Below, piece by piece: positions 47,062 through 55,398 of a stretch of DNA of 64,000 nt (its first letter is position 1; every line of letters begins with the position of its first letter). The stretch comes from Nannocystaceae bacterium ST9 (lineage in GTDB: Bacteria > Myxococcota_A > Polyangia > Nannocystales > Nannocystaceae): the NCBI GenBank assembly GCA_048320885.1, contig JBLWFJ010000001.1, forward strand, positions 1,413,642 to 1,477,641, given 5' to 3'. Below the pieces are notes generated by a model. That model saw only the letters and a program-made list of their open reading frames with translations. It searched no databases and was not told the DNA's origin. A program made the translations under genes and the position numbers.

Positions 47062-49074
47062 GTGACCCCCATGCCCGATCAACACGCTTCGCACGACGAG
47101 CTCCCGCTCACGCCCACCGGCCGCCTCTCGGACGCCTCGCGCCGGCTGGCCGCGCTCGCCCACGAGCTCGGCCACGACGACCTGGCCACCACGATCACCG
47201 ACGACACCCGCCGCCGACTCGACGACGGTCGCGTGCGCGTGGTCGTGCTCGGCGAGATCAAGCACGGCAAGAGCTCGCTGATCAACGCGCTGCTCGGCGT
47301 GGCGCTGCTGCCGGTCGGGGTCACGCCCACGACCGGGGCCGTGGTCGCGATCCGAGTCGACCCCGATCGCGACGCCGCGCGGACCGGCACCTTCATCCTC
47401 AACCCCGACGGCACCCGCGACGCGCTCGAGCGCGAGCGCTTCGACGCGCTCGCGCGTGGGCGACGGGTCGCGATCGAGCCGGCCGCCAACCAAGGCGAGT
47501 CCGAGCCGATCCACGAGCTCGAGCCGGGCGGCGTGCCCGAGCTGCTCGTCGACGACACCCGCCTGCCGGCGACGGTCGAGCTGATCGACACGCCCGGGTT
47601 CAACGACATCGCCCGGTTCCGGGCGGCGATCAGCCGGGCCGAGCTGCCGCGCGCCGACGTGCTGGTCTTGGTGCTCGACGCCACGCAGGTGCTCAGCCGC
47701 AGCGAGCTCGCGCTGATCCGCGACGCGATCGCGGCGGTCGGTGGGCTGGGCGAGAGCGGTGCGCGCTGCGAGCTGGTCATCAATCGGATCGACCTCGTGC
47801 AAGAAGACGAGCGCCCGCGGATCGTCGCCCACCTGCGCGAGCAGCTGAGCGGCGTGCTGCCGGGCGAGCTCGAGCCCTACACGACCAACGCCAAGCTGGC
47901 CCTGCGCGAGCCCGGCGATCCCTCGCCGGCGGTCCAGGCCGTCGCGGCGCTGCGGGCCAAGCTGTTCGGGCTCGCGGGCGAGGGCAAGCAGATCCTCCCG
48001 GCTCGCGCTCGCTCGGCGATGCTCCGCAACGCTCGCCTGCTCGGCTACAACGCGACCATCCAGGCTCGCGCGCTGCACCTCGAGCGCGAGACGATCGCCG
48101 AAGAGATCCTCGCGGTCGAGCGGGCGATGGGCGATCAGGCCCGCGACCTCGAGCTGCTGCGCAAGCAGATCGACGTCGCCGGCACCCGGATCCGCACGGC
48201 CAGCGAGCAGCGCCAGGCCGCGTTCCGCCGCGAGCTCGAGGAGGCCGCCAAGCTGCAGATCGGCAAGGCCGACCTCCACAACCTGACCCAGGTCGTGCCC
48301 GGGGCGATCCAAGACGCGTTCCTCGAGTTCGTGCACGGCGAGAGCGAGCGGCTGCGCGGCGAGCTCGACGAGCTGACCCGCGAGGTGTTCGCGACCCACG
48401 GCGAGATGGCCCGTCGCCGACTCTTCGAGGCCACCTTGCCGCTCGGGTTTCGCGGGCCCGGGCTCTACGTCGAGCCGCCGGCGATCCTGATCGAGGTCGG
48501 CATGCTCGTGCTCGGCCTGGTCGGCACGATCCTCTGGTACTTCGGCAGCGCGATGACCGGGATGATCATGGCGATCGCCTCGCCGATCACCACGGTGATC
48601 CTGCGCGAGAAGACCGTCCGCGACGCGCGAGAGCAGGCCAAGCGAGTGCTGCCCGAGGCGCTCGACGCCGCGGCGCTCCAGCTCGCCAACGCGGTCGCGC
48701 TGGCGATCGCGACCCACGGGCGGGCGCTCGACGAGCACCTGATGCTGGCCGATCGAGCGCTCGGCGAGCAGCTGGTCGCGAGCCTGCGCACGGCAGCCCG
48801 CCGACTCGACAGCCACGAGGCCAAGCTCGAGGCGATCGCGGCTCGCCGTCCACCCGCGCCTGCGCCCGAAGCCGGCGAGCCGACCCCCGACTCGCAAGCG
48901 CCCACGCTCCCGCCCGAGCTCGCGACCCGGCGCCTGCACGAGCGGGTGGCCGCGGCCGCGCAGGCCGAGCTCGGTCGACTCGAGCATCAGCTCGGCGAGC
49001 TGATCGTCGAGCTCGAGGGGCTGGAGCTCGGCGGCGAGCCGAGCTCGGTCGAGGGCCCCGCGGTGATCCACTGA
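47062..49074 (+). CDS. Bacterial dynamin-like GTPase (BDLP), first of a tandem pair
   Basis: G1 GEIKHGKSSLINALLG and G3 DTPG, with a long coiled-coil/helical stalk and a hydrophobic paddle-like segment (ILIEVGMLVLGLVGTILWYFG). Confidence 0.85.
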   Translation: MTPMPDQHASHDELPLTPTGRLSDASRRLAALAHELGHDDLATTITDDTRRRLDDGRVRVVVLGEIKHGKSSLINALLGVALLPVGVTPTTGAVVAIRVDPDRDAARTGTFILNPDGTRDALERERFDALARGRRVAIEPAANQGESEPIHELEPGGVPELLVDDTRLPATVELIDTPGFNDIARFRAAISRAELPRADVLVLVLDATQVLSRSELALIRDAIAAVGGLGESGARCELVINRIDLVQEDERPRIVAHLREQLSGVLPGELEPYTTNAKLALREPGDPSPAVQAVAALRAKLFGLAGEGKQILPARARSAMLRNARLLGYNATIQARALHLERETIAEEILAVERAMGDQARDLELLRKQIDVAGTRIRTASEQRQAAFRRELEEAAKLQIGKADLHNLTQVVPGAIQDAFLEFVHGESERLRGELDELTREVFATHGEMARRRLFEATLPLGFRGPGLYVEPPAILIEVGMLVLGLVGTILWYFGSAMTGMIMAIASPITTVILREKTVRDAREQAKRVLPEALDAAALQLANAVALAIATHGRALDEHLMLADRALGEQLVASLRTAARRLDSHEAKLEAIAARRPPAPAPEAGEPTPDSQAPTLPPELATRRLHERVAAAAQAELGRLEHQLGELIVELEGLELGGEPSSVEGPAVIH

Positions 49075-49098
49075 CGAACTCGAGAGCGACAGCGCGAC

Positions 49099-52000
49099 AT
49101 GGCCGACGAGCAGGACGACGAGCGCAAGACCAAACCCCTCGAGCAGGCGGGCAAGCGCGCGCGCGCGTGGGCCAAGAACCTCGAGCTGCCGAGCATCGAG
49201 CTGCGCTCGGTCGGCGACGCGCTCGGCGGCTTCGCTCGCAAGGTCCGCGATCTCGCGGTCGAGGTCAGCGAGAGCGTCGGCGTGCCCGAGGTGGTCCGCG
49301 ACGCGGCCGAGCAGTCTCGGGCGCTGCGCCTGGCCGGCGAGTTCGAGCGCGCCAACGAGCTGCTGCGTCCCCTGCTCGACGGCCACGCCGGCGAGCCCAC
49401 GCTGCTGACCGCGCTGCTGCTGACCGCGGTCCACGAGCGGCTGGTCGGCGATCGCCTGCCGAGCAAGCTCGAGATCCTGCGCGAGCACGCCAGTCGACTC
49501 GACCCCAAGAAGCCGCTGCCGGCCATCCATCTGCTCGACGCCGTCGAGGCGCTCGCGACCGACGACCGACCCGACAAGGCCCTCGACGCGCTGCGGCGGG
49601 CGACCCGGGCGATCGACAAGCTCGGCTCGCTCGACCTCGCCGAGGGTCGGCTGCTCGGTCACTTGCTCGCGGCGGCGGCCCACCGGCGGCTCGGCTCGCC
49701 CGATCGATCGATCCGCGAGATTCGCAAGGCCGCGGCCGCGCTGCCGAGCAACGCCGGCCCGGCGCTGCGCCGGATGACGCTGACGCTCGGGGTCGATCAG
49801 CTGCTCGCCGACGGACGGATCGGCGAGGCCGAGCGATGGATCCGATCGGCCCAGCAGCAGCGCGCCGATCGGGCCCAGCCGACGATCGATCCCGACGCCG
49901 AGCCCGACGCGCCCGCGAGCGCGCCCCGACCTTCGCCGCCGCAAGAGCCCAGCGAGCTCGAGCGGGCCCTGCTGGCCCGCGTGTTGGCGGTCCGCGGCGA
50001 GCGAGAGCAGGCGCTCGCGCTGCTGGCCACGCTGCCGCGCGAGGGCGAGCTGTTCGCCGAGGTCCGCGTGCGCGTGCTGATCATGGTCGGGGATCCGAGC
50101 GCCGCGCGAGCCGAGGCGCTGCAACACCTCCAGCGCGACGCGGCCCACCCCGAGCGCCTGCGGCTGTGGGCGCTGGCCGAGCAACGCACGTGGCGAGCCG
50201 GCGGCGGGCCGCCGAGCGGATCGAACGGGCCGGTGATCCAAGCCCTGGTTCGCGCGCTCGAGCTGGCGCCCGCGCACGGCCGCGCCGCCCAGGCACAAGA
50301 GCTCGCCCACGTCGCGCTGCTCGCCGACGATCTCTCCGATCCGGTCCAGCGCGTGCTCGCGGCGGTCCGTCGCGACTTGCGAGACGCGATCGGCGAAGAG
50401 CTGCACCTGCATCGGATCCGCGCGGCGCTGGTCCGGGCCCGCGGCTCGGGCGTGCTCGATCCCGAGGTCGCGGCCGAGTTCGTCGGTCCGCCCTTTCGCC
50501 TGCGTGCCCGGCCCGAGCTGACCGAGGTGCTGGGTCCCGACGAGCTCAGCCCGCTGCGCGATCCCTTGCGCCGCGAGGCGCTGGTCGCCGGTCAGCGCCA
50601 GCTCGCCGCCGCCGAGCGAACCATGCTGGCCGGGCCCGAGCACCTCGACGCGGTCGAGCGAGCGCTGGTCGCCGCGCTGATCGAGGATCCCGAGCTCGGC
50701 GTGGCCCGCCGCAAGTTGGCCGCGCTGACCCGCCCGCGCGCCGGCGAGCGGCTCGAAGACCTGCTCGCCCACGCGACCGAGCTGCTGGCCAAGCTGCCCG
50801 ACGAGCTGCTCGGGGCCTCGCTGCGCCCGGCCGGCGAGGCCCTGCGTCGGGTGATCGCCGCGCGCGAGCGGCTGGCTCGGCCGCTGACGATCGCTATCAT
50901 GGGCGAGTTCTCGGCCGGCAAGAGCACCTTCGTCAACGCGCTGCTCGGCGAGGCCGTCGCGCCGATGGGCGTGCTGCCGACGACCAACACGATCAACGTG
51001 TTTCGCCGCGGCACCGGTCGCGGCGCGCGGGTCCACTATCGCGACGGCAGCATCGCGACGGTCAGCGCGGCCGAGCTCGACGCCTACCTGCGCAACCTCG
51101 ACGACAAGGAGGCCGATCGGATCCGCCACCTCGAGATCGATCGGGTCGGCGAGCGGATGGGCGACGCCGCGGTCGTCGACACGCCCGGCCTCAACGCGCT
51201 CGACGACTACCACGAGAAGGTCGCCCGCGAGTTCATCGAAGAGGCCGACGCGGTGGTCTGGATCTTCTCGGCGACCCAGGGCGGGACCGCGACCGAGGCC
51301 GGGATCCTCCGCGAGCTGCGAGCCGGCGGCCGCAAGGTGCTCGGCGTGCTCAACAAGGTCGACGTGCTCGACTCCGACGACGAGCGGCGCGAGCTGGCCG
51401 ACTACCTGCGCGAGCAGCTGGGCCCCGTGCTGGTCGAGGTGCTGCCGCTCTCGGCCAGCGCCGCGCTCTCGCATCGCTCGGGCAAGATCGCCGGCCCGGA
51501 CCCCTTCGCCCACGTCGACGACGCGCTCGAGCGCCACTTCTTGCAGCACGCCCGCGAGCTCAAGGCCGAGCTGACCAAGCGGCGGCTGAGCGAGGCGCTG
51601 ATCCTGGCCAAGACCACGCTCGAGGCCGCGGTCGCCGAGCTCGAGTCGCGCGGCGCCGACGAGCCGCTCGCCGCCGCGCTGGCCCGCGCCACCGCGGCGC
51701 TCGGCAAGTTCTCCGAGGATCTCCACGAGGCCCTGCTCGGGCTCGACGACGTGCTGACCCGCGAGGCGCTGGCGATCGGGCTGGTCGAGGCCGGCGAGGG
51801 CGTGCGCCGCAAGGTCGATCGCCAGGACGCCGAGTACCTCGAAGCCACGCTCGAGGACGTCGCGCTGCGAGTCCTGCAAGATCGCCTGGCCGCGCTGACC
51901 GGCGAGCACGAGGTGCTGGCCGGCCTGCTGGTCGAGCGCCTGGTCCCCTGGGCGCGCGGCTACCTGGCCGGGCTCTCGGCCCGCGGGTTCGCCAGCGATC

Positions 52001-52248
52001 TGATCTCGACCCACGGACGCGCGGCCACCCGCGGCGAGCAAGCCCTGCGCGACAGCCTGCGCGCGGCCGTGCGACCGCTGGCCGACGACTGGCGACTCGC
52101 GACCCGCGAGCTGTTCCGCGAGCTCGAGCGGGCGCTCGCGCGGGCTCGCCAGCGCTCGAGCAGCGCGCCGCGAGCCGAGGCCCTGCGCCTGCGGACCTCG
52201 GCGCTGGCCGGGATCGAGGGCCTGCTCGCTACGCTCGAGCAGCCCTGA
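49099..52248 (+). CDS. Bacterial dynamin-like GTPase, second of the pair, with a ~560-aa helical N-terminal extension
   Basis: G1 GEFSAGKSTFVNALLG, G3 DTPGLN and NKVD (G4). The giant antisense ORF 46615..52041 is an artefact. Confidence 0.85.
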   Translation: MADEQDDERKTKPLEQAGKRARAWAKNLELPSIELRSVGDALGGFARKVRDLAVEVSESVGVPEVVRDAAEQSRALRLAGEFERANELLRPLLDGHAGEPTLLTALLLTAVHERLVGDRLPSKLEILREHASRLDPKKPLPAIHLLDAVEALATDDRPDKALDALRRATRAIDKLGSLDLAEGRLLGHLLAAAAHRRLGSPDRSIREIRKAAAALPSNAGPALRRMTLTLGVDQLLADGRIGEAERWIRSAQQQRADRAQPTIDPDAEPDAPASAPRPSPPQEPSELERALLARVLAVRGEREQALALLATLPREGELFAEVRVRVLIMVGDPSAARAEALQHLQRDAAHPERLRLWALAEQRTWRAGGGPPSGSNGPVIQALVRALELAPAHGRAAQAQELAHVALLADDLSDPVQRVLAAVRRDLRDAIGEELHLHRIRAALVRARGSGVLDPEVAAEFVGPPFRLRARPELTEVLGPDELSPLRDPLRREALVAGQRQLAAAERTMLAGPEHLDAVERALVAALIEDPELGVARRKLAALTRPRAGERLEDLLAHATELLAKLPDELLGASLRPAGEALRRVIAARERLARPLTIAIMGEFSAGKSTFVNALLGEAVAPMGVLPTTNTINVFRRGTGRGARVHYRDGSIATVSAAELDAYLRNLDDKEADRIRHLEIDRVGERMGDAAVVDTPGLNALDDYHEKVAREFIEEADAVVWIFSATQGGTATEAGILRELRAGGRKVLGVLNKVDVLDSDDERRELADYLREQLGPVLVEVLPLSASAALSHRSGKIAGPDPFAHVDDALERHFLQHARELKAELTKRRLSEALILAKTTLEAAVAELESRGADEPLAAALARATAALGKFSEDLHEALLGLDDVLTREALAIGLVEAGEGVRRKVDRQDAEYLEATLEDVALRVLQDRLAALTGEHEVLAGLLVERLVPWARGYLAGLSARGFASDLISTHGRAATRGEQALRDSLRAAVRPLADDWRLATRELFRELERALARARQRSSSAPRAEALRLRTSALAGIEGLLATLEQP

Positions 52249-52277
52249 GCCGAGCCCGAGGTGATAGCGTGGCGGGC

Positions 52278-52937
52278 ATGAGCGACGACCACGACGAAGA
52301 CATCACCGAAGACGAGCTCGCCGACGCCGTCGGCTCGCCCGGTCGGCGGATGTCGCCGGCGTTGATGGTGTTCGGGCTCGGGCTCTTCGCCTGCGCGGCG
52401 CTGCCCCTGACCCCGAGCGGGACCAGCTTCCTCGGCCTGCTGCTCGCCGCGTTCGGCCGCAGCCCGCTCGAGGGCCTGATGATGGCGCTCGGGTTCGGGG
52501 CGCCGTTCTGGTACGGCTTGGTCGTCGCGATCGGGGCCTGGCCCAAGGGTCCGCTCGGCACCCACGCGCTGCGACAGATCCTGATCAGCAACGCCAGCTT
52601 GCTGCACGGTCAGCTCGCCCTGGTCGCATGGTTGCTGTGGCGCGACGGCCTCGGCGTGCTGCCCTCGGCCCTGCTCGGGTTCGCGGTCGTGAGCGGCGGG
52701 TTCTTCATCGTCCAGCACGCCAGCGCGAGCGCGGCCGAAGGCGGCGTCGACGAGCAGGGCCGCCGACACGAAGGCATGGACCCGCGCTGGCTGATCCGCT
52801 GGACCGCGACCGTGCTGGTCGGCGTGTGCGGCTGGCTGCGCCTGCAGCTGCTCGGCGGCCTCGCGTTCGGCTGGGCCGTCGAAGCCGCGCTGGCCTGCAG
52901 CGTGGCGATCGCCGTCGTGCTCACCCGCCGTCGCTAG
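52278..52937 (+). CDS. Multi-TM membrane protein, function unknown
   Basis: ATG at 52278 (MSDDHDEDITEDE...), followed by six hydrophobic helices. Confidence 0.55.
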   Translation: MSDDHDEDITEDELADAVGSPGRRMSPALMVFGLGLFACAALPLTPSGTSFLGLLLAAFGRSPLEGLMMALGFGAPFWYGLVVAIGAWPKGPLGTHALRQILISNASLLHGQLALVAWLLWRDGLGVLPSALLGFAVVSGGFFIVQHASASAAEGGVDEQGRRHEGMDPRWLIRWTATVLVGVCGWLRLQLLGGLAFGWAVEAALACSVAIAVVLTRRR

Positions 52938-53535
52938 CTATGGGAGGCCGTTCCGCCGGCCTCCCCCGTGCCGGCGGAGCCGTCACGGGTCCTCCTCCTC
53001 GCAAGCGCTGCGCGCCTGTTCGCTTCGCCTTCGCTCGCTCATGTCGCTCGATGCGCTGGCTTTGGAAGACCTGACGATCCCCATCGCGCAGCGAGTGTCC
53101 GCCATCGCGCGACAGCCCACCGAGCGACGGGCCCCCAACGATGACAGCAACGGTTCGCGAACCGTTCGCGAAGTGACGCCACCCCATTCCCGAGTTCGAT
53201 CCGAGCGAGCGAACGCGAGCGAACGCAAAGCGAACGAGCGCGATGTCTGGACGGCCCTCGAGCGAAGGAATGCGCGAGCGAACGCGACGCGAACGAGCGC
53301 GGCGCCTGGAAGGCCTCCGAGCGAAGGAATGAGCGAGCGAACGCGAAGCGAACAGGCCCGAAGGGCCTGCGAGGAGGAGGACCCGTGACGGCTCCGCCGG
53401 CACGGGGGAGGGCGGCGGAACGCCCTCCCTCAAACCAACCAAACAGGCCCGAAGGGCCTGCCAGGAGGAGGACCCGTGACGGCTCCGCCGGCACGGGGGA
53501 GGGCGGCGGAACGCCCTCCCTCAAACCAACCCATC
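52938..53535. repeat. Cluster of GC-rich palindromic repeat elements. Copy A (52938-53042, forward) and copy B (~53328-53430, inverted) flank degenerate ~60-nt gcgaacg-rich tandem units; copy C (53441-53522) is a direct repeat of B
   Basis: RC of A aligns with B nearly base-for-base (atgagcgagcgaa.gcgaagcgaacagg...gaggaggaggacccgtgacggctccgccggcacggggga...). The core hairpin is GGGAGG[G/C]CG-TTCCGC-CG[C/G]CCTCCC. All ORFs across this region are spurious. Confidence 0.8.
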
Positions 53536-53609
53536 GGTGATCCCAAGGTGACAGCAGTGTCGATGACCGTCACGGGGTCGTGCCCGCATATTGACGTCGG
53601 GCCAAGCCG

Positions 53610-54566
53610 ATGCTGTTGCGATTTCCAGAGTCCCCCGACCGGCGGACGTCCACCCCGAGCGAGAGTGGCGACGCCACCGCCGACTTGCCGGTGGTCGAGC
53701 GCGCGCTCCAGGTGCAATTCGTCGGGGGCTTCGAGGGCCTCTCGCTGGTCACGATCGCCTGCGATTCGCAGCCGGCCTGGCTGCTCGAAGAGATCGCCGC
53801 GATCCTCGAGATCACCAGCGACGCCGCGCTCGAGCATCTGGCCGCGCGCTGGCACGACCACTGCCCGAGCGACGCGCTGATCCGGCTCGAGGGTGGAGTC
53901 CGCCGCGAGCTGGTCGACAAGCTCGACCGCGCCCACGTCGTGCTCGCGCGCGGCCGCAAGGCGCTGCTGCTGGTTCGGATGCCGGCGATCGACGAGCTGG
54001 TCGCGCGGCTCGACGTGCCGGCCGCTCGCCGGCTGCGGACTCACCTGCGCGAGCGCGTGGTCCCGGAGTTTCACGCCTGGGAGCGGGCCGCGAGGGCGCT
54101 CGAGCAGCCGCTGCTCTCGGCCGACGCGGTGACGATCGCCGGCAACCGACTCGAGTTCGAACGCCGCTGCTTCGAGGCCGCGGTGCTCGAGCGACTGCTC
54201 GATCGACTCGAGCGTGAGGGCTTGGTCGAGAGCGATCGCCTGGTCGCGTTTCGGGTCGTGGCCAGCGAGCTCGCGCTCGGAGCCCGGCTCGCCGACTTCG
54301 CCGAGTCGCTCGCCCACGGCTGGTCGACGCCCACGCAGATCGCCGAGCGCTGGCACGACACCAGCCCGCTGCGGGTCGGTCGGGTGATCGGCTCGCTCGG
54401 GCTCAAGGGCAGCCGCGCGCACTCGCGGGCGCTGCTCAACAAGGCTCGCGGCCACGACCGGACGGTCGTGTCGCACGTGTACAGCCCGGCCGCGGTCGCG
54501 TTGATCGAACGCGAGCTGCGCAGCCGTGGCCATCGCCGGATCGATCCCGAAGACGCGCTCGCCTGA
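53610..54566 (+). CDS. Bro-N domain (prophage antirepressor-like) protein
   Basis: The N-terminus LQVQFVGGFEGLSLVTIACDSQPAWLLEEIAAILEI fits the Bro-N F..F...iR....g.pWF.a.dva..L pattern. The C-terminal part is helical and uncharacterised. Confidence 0.55.
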   Translation: MLLRFPESPDRRTSTPSESGDATADLPVVERALQVQFVGGFEGLSLVTIACDSQPAWLLEEIAAILEITSDAALEHLAARWHDHCPSDALIRLEGGVRRELVDKLDRAHVVLARGRKALLLVRMPAIDELVARLDVPAARRLRTHLRERVVPEFHAWERAARALEQPLLSADAVTIAGNRLEFERRCFEAAVLERLLDRLEREGLVESDRLVAFRVVASELALGARLADFAESLAHGWSTPTQIAERWHDTSPLRVGRVIGSLGLKGSRAHSRALLNKARGHDRTVVSHVYSPAAVALIERELRSRGHRRIDPEDALA

Positions 54567-54583
54567 GTCGAGCAAGTGGACAC

Positions 54584-55042
54584 ATGATGAGTGGCAAGCA
54601 AAAACGCGTTCGCGTGCGCTTCTCGGTCGACGACGACGAGCAAGCCAGCAAGATCACCGCGCTGCTCGAGGCGCTCGGCTACGATCCGGTCCGCGACCTC
54701 GAGCAGGGCTCGCCGGTCTCGCGGCTGCGCTGGGCGGTCGCGCGGCTGTCCAACCAGGCCCACCTGACCGAGCGCGAGCGCGACATCCTCGATCGCGTGC
54801 TGCAAGGCTCGAGCAACCACGACATCGGCGAGCTGCTCGGGATCAGCCGGGCGACGGTGAAGTGGCACATGCACAACATCTTCACCAAGACCGGCTCGCG
54901 CACGCGCGAGGCCCTGCTGCGCGACGCGCTGCAGCTGCGCACGACTCCGGTGCTCGAGCTGGTCGAGGACGAGCCCGAGGCCGGCGACGCCGACCTCGAC
55001 GCCGGCCTCGACCAGGTCGAGCCCGATCTCGACGACGAGTGA
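54584..55042 (+). CDS. LuxR-family HTH transcriptional regulator with an acidic C-terminal tail
   Basis: LTERERDILDRVLQGSSNHDIGELLGISRATVKWHMHNIFTKTG is a canonical GerE/LuxR HTH. Confidence 0.75.
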   Translation: MMSGKQKRVRVRFSVDDDEQASKITALLEALGYDPVRDLEQGSPVSRLRWAVARLSNQAHLTERERDILDRVLQGSSNHDIGELLGISRATVKWHMHNIFTKTGSRTREALLRDALQLRTTPVLELVEDEPEAGDADLDAGLDQVEPDLDDE

Positions 55043-55090
55043 CTCGAGTCGACCCCGCCCGCGCCGCGACTCTGCATGTCCCGACCGGCC

Positions 55091-55267
55091 TCACTTCCTC
55101 GGCGCGAGCCCGGTCGGGACGAAGGGCCCCGGACAGACTTCGGTCTCGGGATCGCAGGGGTTGGGGTTGAACAGGTCACAGGCGGGCAGCAGCGCGGTGA
55201 AGGCCAGCAGGGCGGCCATGACCAGACTCTTGCTCGCGCCACCGAGATTCCATCGATTGTCTCGCAT
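55091..55267 (-). CDS. Small lipoprotein (58 aa), not called as a separate ORF in the track
   Basis: MRDNRWNLGGASKSLVMAALLAFTALLPACDLFNPNPCDPETEVCPGPFVPTGLAPRK has a positive n-region, a hydrophobic core and an LLPAC lipobox. It lies inside the 3' end of the spurious ORF 55091..57052, downstream of dnaB. Confidence 0.4.
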   Translation of the reverse strand: MRDNRWNLGGASKSLVMAALLAFTALLPACDLFNPNPCDPETEVCPGPFVPTGLAPRK

Positions 55268-55398
55268 CGCCACTGAGACCCACGCTCGCGCGGCCGCGGT
55301 TTCGAGATCGATCGTGAGCAGCCCCGAGCGACGATCGGGGATCGAAGGGGAATGCGAACGAGGCAGGAATGTCGGCTGCGCTGCGCCTACGCGTGGCG

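Noticed and set aside
46615-52041. 1808-aa minus-strand ORF
   Set aside because: Antisense to the two dynamin-like GTPase genes. R/G/A/P/L-rich low-complexity translation with no recognisable motifs, the typical high-GC stop-codon-free artefact.
53045-53330. Possible CRISPR array (regularly spaced gcgaacg-rich repeats)
   Set aside because: The repeats are degenerate copies of the repeat-element end-motif with no unique spacers of constant length, no leader and no cas genes nearby.
52921-54575. ORFs of 115–381 aa on both strands across the repeat cluster and antisense to the Bro-N gene
   Set aside because: They translate palindromic repeat DNA (PPPSPVPAEPSRV... mirrored on both strands) or are antisense to a better-supported gene.
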